The notes under the pieces are model-generated. The model did not search any database. It was not told the DNA's origin and saw only the letters and a list, made by a program, of their open reading frames with translations. 64,000 bases of DNA from Callorhinchus milii. Its lineage: Eukaryota. Made by a program: the position numbers and the translations under genes. Below, piece after piece: positions 50,490 to 63,590 of the stretch (the stretch's first letter is position 1; each line of letters starts with the position of its first letter). Location of the stretch: the NCBI RefSeq assembly GCF_018977255.1, contig NW_024704742.1, positions 22,198,001-22,262,000 on the forward strand. Reading direction: 5' to 3'.

Positions 50490-51638
50490 GGCAATATATT
50501 CGGGGGTCTGGATGAAAGTTTGTTGGCCCGCGCCGAGGCTCTGGCGGCTGTGGACATCGCCTCGCACGGCGGCACCAAGAGCCACCCGTTCAAACCGGAC
50601 GCCACCTACCACACCATGAACAGCCTTCCCTGCACCTCCTCCTCCTCCAGCAACAACAACACCCCGACCACCGGCACCGGCACCGGCGGCGGCACCGGCG
50701 GCGGCACCGGCTCCTCGTCGGTGCCCATCTCGCACCCCCTTCCCCCCCCCCGGGCTTGGGCTCGCACCACCACCATCACCACCACCACCACCACCACAGC
50801 CACCACCAGCCGCCCCAGCCCCCGCCCCCCCCGCCGCCTCAGCCGCCGCCTCCTCCTCCTCCTCCTCCGCCGCCTCCTCCTCCTACTCACCAGAGCCTGG
50901 TGGACGCGGGGGACCTGCTGGAGCACCTGTCCCCCGGCCTGGCGCTGGGCGGCATGGCCGGGCCGGACGGCTCGCTGGTGCCCACGGCCGCCGCCCACCC
51001 GGCGCACATGGCCGGCATGAACCACATGCACCAAGCCATGAGCATGGCGGCCGCCCACGCCGCCTCGCACGGGCTGTCCGTCCCTTCCCACGGCGGCGGG
51101 GGCGGCGGGGGGGGGAGTGGTGGTGCTGGGTGGGGGGGGGATGGGCTGCCTGGGCGACATGGACGCCGACCCCCGCGACCTGGAGGCGTTCGCCGAGAGG
51201 TTCAAGCAGAGGAGGATCAAGCTGGGGGTGACCCAGGCCGACGTGGGGTCGGCGCTGGCCAACCTGAAGATCCCCGGGGTGGGCTCGCTCAGCCAGAGCA
51301 CCATCTGCAGGTTCGAGTCGCTGACCCTGTCCCACAACAACATGATCGCCCTCAAGCCCATCCTGCAAGCCTGGCTGGAGGAGGCCGAGAAGTCCCACCG
51401 GGAGAAGCTCAACAAGCCCGAGCTCTTCAACGGCGCCGAGAAGAAGAGGAAGCGCACGTCCATCGCCGCGCCGGAGAAGAGGTCGCTGGAAGCCTACTTC
51501 GCCATCCAGCCCCGGCCCTCGTCCGAGAAGATCGCCGCCATCGCCGAGAAGCTGGACCTCAAGAAGAACGTGGTCCGCGTCTGGTTTTGCAACCAAAGGC
51601 AGAAGCAGAAGCGAATGAAGTACTCCGCGGGTCACTAG
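50490..51638 (+). CDS. POU4F2: POU4F2 (Brn3b) coding exon 2: POU-IV box, His/Pro tracts, POU-specific domain and homeodomain; two compensating frameshifts as assembled
   Basis: ttgcag|GNIFGGLDESLLARAEALAAVDI...PFKPDATYHTM, then in a shifted frame HHHH...LLEHLSPGLALGGMAGPDG, then MGCLGDMDADPRDLEAFAERFKQRRIKLGVTQADVG...WFCNQRQKQKRMKYSAGH*. Residues KSHREKL, FAIQPRP and KYSAG, plus adjacency to SLC10A7, favour paralog POU4F2 over POU4F1/3. Confidence 0.93.
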
Positions 51639-51698
51639 CGGTGACTTTCTGCGATGGGATGGGGATGGGGATGGGATGGGGGGATGTAGGGCAACAGC

Positions 51699-51730
<32 letters not shown>

Positions 51731-52530
51731 ACCCCAGAGACATACACGCGTATATGCTCAACTTTTTTTTCCCCCCCTTCCCCCTTCCCCCCCCCCCCAT
51801 CCCAGATGTTTGTATAGTAATAAAAACAAACGGGACCGGTCCCTCCAGCCTTCCCTCCCAGGACCTTGATATGGGCCACACAAAAAAAAACAAGTAAGAC
51901 TATTTTTTTCTTCTTCTTCTGCTTCTTCTTCTTCTTCTCCTCCTTAAAATGCCACCCCCACTGCCACCGAGACCAGGAAACAGATTAAAAGCCCCAACAG
52001 AATCGTTTGATCGTTGGCTTTGAATTGAGGATTTACAGTGTATTTTTTATTTTTTTTGGTGGAGGGGGTGGGGGAGGGGGTGGGGGGGGGTGGGGGGGTG
52101 GGGGAGGGGGTGGGGGTGTGTGAGGGGGTCACAGAGGAACACACAAGTAAGGCGGTTGGTTCGCTCTTTCATTTCTAACTCAGACGGTTTCAAGCGACGT
52201 TAAGGATCCGTCAAACTGAGAAACGAGGGTCTTTTCGCGAAATTGCTGTGTGTGTGTGTGTGTAAACGAAAATGATTCTGTCTGTGTGGTCCTGTGATGG
52301 TGTTTTGTTTGTTTGTTTGTTTATTTATTTGTTTGTTTGTTTGTTTGCTGTAACACCACCTCTTCCACGTCTGTGTTTCCCTGCGTACGATGTGCAGACA
52401 AGTGGCCCGAGATCGGTGTCGCAACGTGTGGTTTCACTCTGTAATATTTAGAGAAACACTTCCAGTGAAAGATTCTGCACAATCCATCGGTATCGATCGC
52501 TTAAATAACGTATCATCACCTCCGCCCAAT

Positions 52531-52561
<31 letters not shown>

Positions 52562-52753
52562 TCCCCAAACATGTGCTTCATCATTAGAGGCAAAGATGAG
52601 CTCTCTTTTTGGTCTCTTGTCTGGTGCAGAGATTATTGCTGTGCCACTTGACAGTCACCACACCACATTGTCGCCACTCCTTCATTGGAAACACGGATGC
52701 ACTTTCTTTTTTTTTATTCAGAAAGAAATCACTCTCGATGTCATTTTTAAAAA

Positions 52754-52798
<45 letters not shown>

Positions 52799-54337
52799 TA
52801 AACACAGCCAGTGAACGAAAATAGCTGATCGGAGCAGCCCCGGAGGTCTCTCCCTCTCTGTCTGTCTGAAGGCTATTATTAGATTACTGCCCAAACCAAC
52901 CTGGGTCTGAATTATTCATTCAAACCGTCTGCAAAGTTAATTTCGTGCTCACTCGAATTAATTCCGCCTGTTTAATTCAAGCGGCGATAACGGCGGGGAC
53001 AAAATAAAGGGATTATCGAATCATTTAATTATTTAATGTCCCACATCAGTACGTTAGTGAACAGAGAGACGACCGATGGCGAATTAAAAGCTGTTGTGTG
53101 TGTGTGTTTTTTTAAAGAAAAAAATAAACCCAGTCTGATCAGGGACGAACACTCAAGCGAAACTATAAGGGTTTTGGGGGGTTCCTGATTGAAAGCATTT
53201 CCTCCAAAGGGCAAAGAGATTCACGTTGTACATTTGTATAAACTCAAAAGTATAATTTACCTCTCGTTAAGTATTTATTTTGAATGCCCTCTCACTTTCA
53301 AATGCTGTACTTTTTGTCTTTCGACCGACCAACAAAAAAAGGTTTCTGGAAGCGATTTTTATATTAAAAAAAACAAACAGACCACGAGTGTGTGTGTGTG
53401 TGTGTGTGTGTAAAAAAAAAGCTGTGAGGGAGGAAACCCCAACTATTTGTGCCAATTGAGCGTCAAAAAAAAATAAATTCAAACACGCTATGTGTGTGTG
53501 TGTGTGTCTGTGTGTGTCTGTGTGTCAGTGAGAGAGGCTGGTTTCCAGTCAATTTGTCGGGTTTTTCACGCTTGCTTTTTTTTTCTTCTTTATTATTGCT
53601 TTGGGGTTTTCTTTCGTGGGAAGAGGTCCCAGAAATTAGTTTGTAAAGAAAAAAAAATATTTTAGAGAAATGCACATTTTAAATGAAAATGGACGATTGA
53701 TGATGCACTGCTGGAAAACCTCGCTGTTTGGTACGAGCCTATCTTTTTAAAATAATAATAGAGGTACATGATCTGTACTTGTATATTGTAAATATCATCC
53801 AATGGACTTGATGCACATATAGATATATTCTTACAGATTTTGACGTGTTGCTGTTATAGCAGAACCATTTTTACGTGACAAGCGCTCGATTTCTGTTTGG
53901 TATCTGACGTCTGAACGATTTGTTATGTTCTTGATAATTTTGTTTCGAAACCTTTTATTTATTATCGTAATTTAATGTTACGTTTGAGGAAACGATTCTA
54001 GATATTAACGCGACCGATTTCATCGACAAATTCTTTGAACATTATTTCGAAGTTGAGTCCTTTTCAGTGAAAACATATAATTTCTCTGTGTGTATGTACG
54101 TGTGTTTTCACTGCAGATGTGCTCTTGGGTATTTGTTTTTGGGTGTAGGTAGCTTTATCAGTATGGAAAACAGGTTCGTTTTGATTTCTTAGCATGTAGT
54201 ATCGTGTTTTTTGAATTAAAACCCATAGCTCCTAATTGTATTTTTTAATACATGCAGCTTTCATAAATTTAAACAAAAAAAACTATTATTGTACTTTTTA
54301 CTTTACATGATCATGTACGATTATGCACATTCTTTTA

Positions 54338-54343
54338 AATAAA
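54338..54343 (+). terminator. Candidate distal polyadenylation signal for POU4F2
   Basis: AATAAA followed about 20-40 nt later by a U/GU-rich tract (cattgttgatttttattgttgg), at the end of an AU-rich UTR-like region. Other AATAAA hexamers occur at 51819, ~53003 and ~53103. Confidence 0.45.
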
Positions 54344-57300
54344 AGGTGATCTATTGAATTCATTGTTGATTTTTATTGTTGGAAAAAGCGGTGCAAAAGA
54401 GGGGAAAGGTTAAATTCTCCGAGTCCAGAATAATTACTGAATGCCATTTTATTTTGAAATCATCCATTCCATTTTGCAATGGCGTGCAGTTTAAAATGCA
54501 GAAGAGAACTTAAAAAAAAACTTTTGCTTCGACGAACGCACGAGTATTTCATTACGAAATAACCAATACGATCGTGACCAAATGTGCATTATGGTACGAA
54601 AAAGGGACTCTTGTTTTTTTTTTCCGGCTCTCACTCGAGCCTCTAATGTTGCTGCCCTGCGAGTTACAGAGACATGATTCTGTTGCTAATGTTTGGCTGT
54701 TAATGCCTGGATTGCCAGTAAGGGGTAAAAGGTACCTCGGAGAGATTGCAAATATTCTATTAGACTCCAATCAGGGGTCTGTGGAGAGTAGGATGTGTCC
54801 CATGAGCTCCAAGCTGCCAGATGTCAAACCACAGTGCTCTCTCTCTCTCTCTCTCTCTCTGCCTGCCAGACAGTCTTTTCAGAGCTTGCACATAAAACGT
54901 ATTGGAGCGGATCTATCGTACAAGAGGGGAAGTTAGAATAACACCATCCAAAACTATAATGGTCTGCCTGCGTGCGTGTAAGATCTCGATTTTTAAAAAA
55001 AAAATATATAAAAAAACGCAATATTGTTTTATCGGAAATAGCGAGGGGTTTGGAGAGAGGCAATGCCACCTGGAGCCAGTTACCCTACGTGGGCTTTTGC
55101 AATTGTGGGGTTTTTTAAACAGAAAACACGAGGTGGTAATATAGCAATCTGTCAAATTGCTGGCGGACACTCGTGTTTTTGAATATTGTGCGTCCTTTCC
55201 AAATCGCTATATCAAATGCAAGGATTATTATTATTATTATTATGATGTCTTATTAAATGAATAACTGTAACGGAGCTAAAACTAGTTTAGCTGTTAGTAC
55301 TGGTGATCGTCATTCGAATAACCATCCCTATCACTCGTGCATACGAATACATTTGCTCCTGATGCCATAATATATACCAGTAGAGACATAATACAAAACA
55401 ATGTGTTGCTTGGTGGCTTTGATTCGGATTTACTTTATTTTTCCTTTCATCCCCCTGTAGACTAATTAAATATTGAAGCCCATCAGAGTAAAAGCTGTGT
55501 AATTCCCTATAGTTGAGGTTTTATCCACCACAAGGGTATATTAGTACCTGTAAACGTATCATTATTTACATGGAATTAGTAGAAAATCAAACCGATGCAC
55601 TGTTAAGTCTCGGGGAAACTATCCGACATCACATTGTATCCCCAAAATATTGGTCTTAAAGCAAGAACAGGTTGTAAGCTGTGCGACAAGAGAATTGGTC
55701 TGAAAGATTTCAGGCAGTGAGCGAGTCCATGGAGGCGGGTCGCGAAAATCAATATTATTTCAAACAGAAAGGCACCTGAAAGCAGACCTTTGCTTATTTC
55801 GACAGCTATCTTTCAGCGGAAGCTTCCACTTCTCACTGAAGCAAGATTGCGGGTTGTGCAATTGAACTGCACCTAAAACCAGGAGCCATCTACATAACTC
55901 CGGGGCTGATTTGGCACAAGGCTCAAGTGAGTCGCTCCGGGTCTCAGTCTGACATTGTTGAAATTGGCTGATGTTCGGCTCCACATGTCGGATCGGATCC
56001 AAACGTGATCTTTGAGTCACGAAGAGATAAAATGACGTGTGAAGGCAAATGGTCCTAAAAACATGCCTTGCACATCGATGAGAAAAACTAACGATGCTCA
56101 AAATGGGCTTATTTGCACTGCGTTAAACAGTGGGGGCTACCCGTCCACTTAGCACTCCCCGGTGCTTTCGGCTGATAATATATTCGCCTCACGTTTTGGT
56201 TGTTATGCTCTCCTAACGTTGCGATATTTGTTGATTGGTGCGATGCCAGTCGTTATAGATACAGTATGAACAAATAGCAATCGCTTCTTGTAAGTCATCG
56301 GTTTGTTTTGTTGCAAAAGTGTCCACTTGTATATATATATATATTATATATATATATAAACATGCACTGCAGCAAAGGAGCGGGTTACAAGGCATTTTTG
56401 TATCAACTTGATTCAGATGGAGTGGCCCATGTCATCACTGTTTAACCCACACAACAACAACAACAACGCAGGGTTCGAGTTTACATTGGCTCGTGCAAAG
56501 ATGATAAAATAACGCATTTATCCATCCAATGTACAGCCTGCCACTGTCTGTGGCATAATGTGGCATATTGCAGGTGGTCCATGTTTTTGTTATTACAGTT
56601 ATCGCATGTCTATTATACATACATTTTGCAAGGGGTATAATAGATGGAAAGTTGCAAGTTATTCTACAAAAGACTCTTCGACGTTTAGACTTATAATTGG
56701 AAGAGAGAGGGGGTGGGGGTGAAATTATGGTAAATGAAAAGCTAAAGAACAACTACAAGCACTTATCAGATGTAATTATTCAGGACAATTTCCAGCTTTC
56801 TAACGATCCGATCTTACTGACTTTTTGCTACACGTGGTGAAGGAGTGGGATGGAGGAAAGGGGAATAAAATAGCTTTCCTTAAAGTTCTGGGCCTCCTTA
56901 AAGGTTAACTCTAAGTTTGAAACACCTCAGTAATCTATCTCACAGCGCGCACTACAGTCACATTTCAACAAATGCTGGTGCAAATCAAGTCCTGTAGCTT
57001 ACTTACACACTACCTGAAACAAATCCTGGATAATTCACACAAGAAAGCATCTATTAGCCAGAACTTCTATTCATTCCTTGGTGTTATGCACTGTGAAAGG
57101 GCACAACTAACCCGTCCACTGTGTGCAATTAACGGCATTAGGACCAAATCTGTGAAAACGTTTCCAGCAGATGATCAACTTTCAGTACTATTTGGCTTTG
57201 CAACACTGTACATAACGAGTACATTTTGCACCAACCAACCCACCCACCCCCTTCACCTATCTGCGCACTGGACTCTTAACACACTCCTGATGTTATGATA

Positions 57301-60250
57301 ATTAGTGGGAAGTTTGTGTGTTCTTCGTGTCACAATGTCAGTTGCCATTATAATATATGCCAAACAAAGATTTTAGTCCATTTTAATAAAACAGAGCTAT
57401 AATTGTCTTGCCTTATATTTTGATTTAATTGTAAAGGGACACACAGCCTAAGGTGAGCTGTGTCTGATGACCAAGTCACAAGAACATCCCTATTGACAAT
57501 GATACAGCTGACACCGACAAAGCACATACGATGTTCAATACTGCAACTAGATGCTTAATAATTACTGATCTAAAGGCATCTGAAACAGAGAGTCTGAATG
57601 TGGCAGTAAAGATCAAAGTACCAGTAAAATATTACAGATTAATCATAATTATAACCATCACCAAGAGAGAGGGGTTTATGTCAAATTAACCGCCTAACAG
57701 GCAGCTGGAGAAGCATCCGAACTTTACCGTCGTCTCCAAATGAGCCATTCACTTAAAGGCCATTACACGAATTAATACATTACACAGCGAATAACGAATT
57801 CTAGATAATTACAACGAATAAGTAAGTAATCATTAGTTATCTCAGCTAATTACTCTGGGTCACAGAGAGTTGGAAAGTGAAATCCTCATCGGGAATTAAA
57901 ATTAACTTTGCATAGTGCTCCTCTCTGCTTGACATCCTCAATCTAGTCACATGTCAGCTCCCGAGTGAGGAAAGTCTGTGTTAATTTAAAAAGGAGGATG
58001 GAAGTAAATCTGAATTAGAGAACAGTCAATGGGATCGAATACAGGCAGACAGATCCACCGCCTTACGTTGCATTTTTTTTTGAACATTTGAGTCCCAGGT
58101 CTTTAATTTATTCTACGTGGTAAAGCAACGGTTATTATTTATGAATCCTAATAAATCACACCTTGCAATGCACTTTATATCTCATCCTAATAAATTAACA
58201 CCTCGCAATGCATTTGCTGGCAGTCCCTTCTCGTTTAACACTATCAGCCCATATACATCCACTGGTTATATGTTTAGGATCTAATTGTATTAAAGCAATT
58301 GCATTGTCTCACAGCTGAAAGTCTCATTCTCTATTTTGCAAAAAAAAACAGTCACAACGTATTCATTAATATTTTCACGACAACCACAGCATATACATGC
58401 ATGTTGTGCCCCCGCCCCCCTTTCCTGTCCATAATTAGGCACGAATGTTTTTTTAACAATGAAGGAAGAATTTTATACATTTCATGATATTCTTCGGGAT
58501 TGATAAAATTTTAATGAAGTCTGGGGCCGCTGGAGCACTGCCTTGGGATTGGCAGAGAATATTTTAACTGTACATTTAGAGCAACTGTCTGCCTTCAAAT
58601 ACGTGACTGCTTTTAATCTCGAATTAACAGAACTATAGGATAGAAATTGAATAACACCCCCTCCTCCCCCACCACTACAAACGTTAACTTTGCAAATCAG
58701 ACCCAGGCCTTGTTTTCTGATTGTTTTGTCCCTTAGAACAGCTCCAAACATCAGGTCTCCAATTACCTTTTCGTTAATAATGAATAGCTTTGGTACAGAG
58801 GTGGCATTATATCGTGCTTTTAGAAGTTTTTTTTTTAAAATACGGTAATGCAATATTAATCACTTGTGGTGGTATAAGAATGCGTGTGTCCCCACCCCAC
58901 CCCTCCCAACCAGAAACCAAGCGAGGTGGGCATGGGACTGAAGGCATAAACAGCGTCTGTCCAAATCTAACTCTAAACACACAATGCTTTTAGGTGAGTA
59001 ACCAGAACAATCTGTCATTTTATTTTAAATCCATCCGTAGCAAAAAAAAAAAAATCCGTGAGAGAAAGCGATGGAGGGAGAAGAGGGAGATCGGTGCAGC
59101 CGTATTTAATGAATGCTAATATATGTTACACCTTCTTTTCTATGCGCCTGGTTGAGACAGAGAGGTTTAACGTTCCGGGAGCAAATATAAATCGTCCTCT
59201 ATATATATATATATATATAAAGAACTCGTTTCTAAACGTTGAATAACGAATGAATGGGAGGACGAAGGATACTGGAGCCCAAACAATGGCTATTTGAGAT
59301 GACAGACTGCATTGCATGCATTGCAAGGCTATATTTATGAAAAATGTATCAGATAAACACGGTGGGATATGCAATTCTCTGAACCAGGTAATTTTTTTTT
59401 ACACACACACACACACAGAGCAGTAGAAGAGGATCAAACACACAGGTTATAAAATAACAGCAGAAGGATCCTTTGCAGCGTTCAGATTATAAACCACTGC
59501 ATATATTTTTTTTACTGGAACCTTATCCCAATCACATCAATATTATTTAAAAGCGCCAACGTTTACTTGTTTCCCTCTTCGTGTCCCCCCCCCCCCCCCC
59601 TCCCGTTTTCCCTTTTTTTTTAACACTGAAAAATGACCAGAGTTTGGCGAAATGCAAACACGGAAACGTTCACTGGGCATTTTGTGGGGGAGCGGTTCCC
59701 AGAGAGAGAGAGAGAAAAAAAAAAGTAACAAAAGGGGTCGTTTTGGAATAGAATTTTTTTTTTTTAAATTTTTTTAAAAAAAAAATTGTAAATTTGCAAA
59801 GATTGCGTAAAAAGAATGAAAAAAAGCCTATTAATGATATACTCGGATATGCAATCCCGTTTTAGGGTAAATTGTGAATTGGATGGTTGAGGCGTTGATG
59901 TACTTTGTTTGGGATCCCCGAGGATCCGACAGTAGGTAAATAATAACAAAAATATGAATCGTTTGATGGAGTGTCTTTCGCGTCGGGAGGGGCGTCTCAA
60001 AGCGCTTCACGGGATTTACTGTGGAGTGTAATGTATGTTTTTTTTGTAGGCGAACGCGTAAATGTTTGTAAATCTTGTATTTTCCCCATTCTGTCACATG
60101 TGATACAGTACGAGGTGTTCAGCTGCCGCTCTCCCCTCCCCTCCCCTCCCCTCCCCTCCCCGGTGCATCGCAGTAATGGGCTCCCAACCCTCGGCATCCC
60201 CAGAGATTGCGTACGGACATCCTCTCCGCTTGCCTTGCTGTCTCCCAGCG

Positions 60251-60780
60251 CCTGCCTGCCTGCCCTCCATCCCTGCCTGCCTGCCCTCCATCCCTGCCTG
60301 CCCTCCATCCCTGCCTGCCTGCCCTCCATCCCTGCCTGCCCTCCATCCCTGCCTGCCCTCCATCCCTGCCTGCCCTCCATCCCTGCCTGCCCCTCCATCC
60401 CTGCCTGCCTGCCCTCCATCCCTGCCTGCCCTCCATCCCTGCCTGCCCTCCATCCCTGCCTGCCTGCCCTCCATCCCTGCCTGCCTGCCCTCCATCCCTG
60501 CCTGCCTGCCCTCCATCCCTGCCTGCCCTCCATCCCTGCCTGCCCTCCATCCCTGCCTGCCCTCCATCCCTGCCTGCCCTCCATCCCTGCCTGCCCTCCA
60601 TCCCTGCCTGCCCTCCATCCCTGCCTGCCCTCCATCCCTGCCTGCCCTCCATCCCTGCCTGCCCTCCATCCCTGCCTGCCCTCCATCCCTGCCTGCCCTC
60701 CATCCCTGCCTGCCTGCCCTCCATCCCTGCCTGCCCTCCATCCCTCCCTGCCCTCCATCCCTGCCTGCCCTCCACCCTCC
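60251..60780. repeat. Homogeneous 17/21-bp minisatellite (cctgcctgccctccatc)n
   Basis: Directly visible. Accounts for the long ORFs at 59971-61005 in all six frames. Confidence 0.95.
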
Positions 60781-63479
60781 CTTCCATCCACCGTCTATCC
60801 ATCCATTCATCCCACTTTGGCTTTTATCCATCCATCCATTGCCATCCTTCCCTCACTCCCATCCTTCCATTCACCCTTCGCTCCCACCCATCGATCCCTT
60901 GCTTCCATCCAACTGGTCCGTCGATTTCTCTATGTTACCTTCTTATGGTCTTATTATAAAATAAGACCCTTCCTCCTTTGCAAAACCTCACGCACTTCAG
61001 CTTAATCACTGTTTCTGGAAGTATCCAATTTCACATGATAGTATTGCATTGCTGAAAATAGATAAATATATATAAACCTGGGCAATTATTTTTCTTCGCC
61101 TGGATACCAATCGCATGTAGCTTTAAGATTCGTTTTGAAACCTGTGAGATTGGTGTATTTTGAAAGGCTGCTTTCAGATGGATTTCTTCTGTGGAGAGAA
61201 ATATTTTCATTTCATAACAGCAATGTATAGCTGCCATCCGACCTCGGCAGCAGGCATCTGTGTACAGTACTTCTCAAGTCCAGGACACAAATCACAGTAT
61301 ACTTCTCAAGTGCAGAAACTGAAAAAGTAGAACAGCAAGCACTCTTTTTCTTCCAAAGAAAAGTCTTTAACTGACCTGATCAGATATACTGTACAATGTA
61401 ATGCTTGTACTGACTTGTCCACGGCTCCAGTTTTACTACAGCAGCTTTAACAACACGATAGTACACAAACAAATAACGTTAACAGGCAATTGTACTGTAT
61501 ATCACACAAGATGCCCTTTACGAAGTGGGCCAAACGATTTCACATTAGCAATGCAAGACCTGGATGAATATATAATCATGTTTAAAGGCAAAATTGTAGA
61601 GTGATGGAATTGTAGAGTTAAATGGAAAGCAATCAAAACAGACAGCACTACAGGATAAAACAACAATCGTTATAAACATATCTGATAACCACTTCAAATT
61701 TTACTAACATTTGCTGCTGAAATACATCAACAAGTGCACAATGACTCTGTAACGTGCAGCTGGGAGGCTGGATCTCAGTGGACAGGTGAATGGATTTCCT
61801 GTAAAATCTTTATTTGAAAAGTCACCATCAGACTTGCACGATTATCAAATTGCATTCGTTTTGGACGGAGCAAAATCACAATATCGGAAGAAAGAATCGA
61901 CCAGGTTTACCCACACAACATATCTTGCAAATTGTCATCAACACTCGCTCAAACAATACCTTTGCCATTTTTGTACGTCAGAATAACTAAACAGTGCCCA
62001 TTCAACTGTGCGAGTCTTGGCATAGTTTGTCAAACGGTGTATAACCAGAAATGGCAAAGAACTAACAGAAGTAAGTGAGTTCTCCCCCCGCCCCACCCCG
62101 CAAACCATCTGTGTTATGATATATAACATGTTCCCCTTTTCATTTAGTCTCCAAGATATCTGCAAAAAATGACTGTATGGAGCGGGAAACGCTATGAAAT
62201 ATTTCACAATCCCTTATTTGGGGAACAAATGCGCAAATACACAACACTTGTGAATAAAACAGCTCCTTCCTCAGACTATTCTAAACACTCAATCAATAAC
62301 CGTATAAACCAACATGCATCCTATAGCAAAACTTTAAACTGGGAGATCGCAGTTAGTATTATTATTATCATTATTATTATTGCAGGTCCAGTCCACAGTT
62401 GACATACAGAAAGCCCATGGATAGGTGTACAGATTATTTATTCGCGTTTACAGCAGTAAGCAAACACGCCAAGGCACTGAGATCAAGTCCCCATAATTCA
62501 CCAGACAGACACAGACGCTGCTGAGACTGCTCCAGGTTGGACATGGATTGCATCGCTCCTATTCGAATTGCAGTTTGATTTTCTTGCAGAGGCGTATATA
62601 GTCTATCTACGGGGGTGTGTGATGTGGTGCAGACAGCCCCCTTGTCAGCCACATTCTGCCGCAGATCTATTAATCATTCCCACAAGGAGTGCCAGCATGT
62701 CAAGGCTTTTATTCGCTCCTCAGTTTATACAGAACCCAGTCATTTACATAAAGTCCTTTAGGCAAATAACTGTTGGGGCTCTAATTTATATCTGATCGAA
62801 AATTAGCCATCATTATGCGCTCCATTAGCAGCGTCTTTAATGTGGTTCTAAGCACCATTTGTCAAGGCGCTTGTTAATATCCTTCAAGTCTTTTAACTTG
62901 AGAGCTCATTAAAGTGGGGCGCCCCGTTATTGATGCCATTTAGATGAGAGTTTGCAAGAATCACTCGAAACACCGTCTCCTCGCTGAACCCTCACTTGCC
63001 TTTGCACAAACGATCTCCAGCAAACAGCGAGGAGCGGAAAAAAAAACACGCACACACACACACACACACAAAAAAAAAACACAACGCCGCCAGAGCCGAA
63101 AAGTAATTTTAAAACGCGTTAATGCGCGTTCGGTATTTTTTATTTTATTTTTTAATTTCCTTTCGGACGAGGGGAATAATTGCAAAAAAAAAAAAGCTGC
63201 AACAGGTACTGAAAACCTAACCCGAATGAATTGGAATTGCTGTGGTGTTTATTGCTCAGACGGCTGCAGCAGCCGACAAATAATCTCAAACCACTGAGTC
63301 GACTGCAGCTCCATCTGCACATGAGCCACATCACCCTGAGTGAGAGTTGTGACTTCTCTGGGCTCTGCTGCACAAAGAAAGCACACTCCCTCCCTGTCCC
63401 CGCCTGTAAATCTGGAGAGAATTTGCCTGAAACTTTTCTTGCCTGATTATTTTTTTTCCTCCCGTCCTGACGCAGTTTG

Positions 63480-63590
63480 CGGAGTTCGCCCACAAATATG
63501 CAGTCAATTCACTGCGCAGTGTGCGACGTCCTCCCGACGTGAAAAGCGCTATATCAAATGCAAGGATTATTATTATTATTATTATTATTA
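63480..63590 (+). mobile_element. SINE 3' fragment (CTCCC-loop subfamily)
   Basis: gttcgcccacaaatatgcagtcaattcact...gacgtcctcccgacgtgaaaagcgctatatcaaatgcaaggattattatt. Confidence 0.8.

Noticed and set aside
50490..51638. Calling POU4F2 a pseudogene
   Set aside because: The POU domain, splice sites and codon bias are intact. The only lesions are two compensating indels in homopolymer runs, better explained as assembly errors.
50606..51893. 285- and 336-aa - strand ORFs
   Set aside because: Antisense shadows of the GC3-rich POU4F2 coding sequence.
59971..61005. 227-344-aa ORFs in all six frames
   Set aside because: Translations of a stop-free 17-bp minisatellite.
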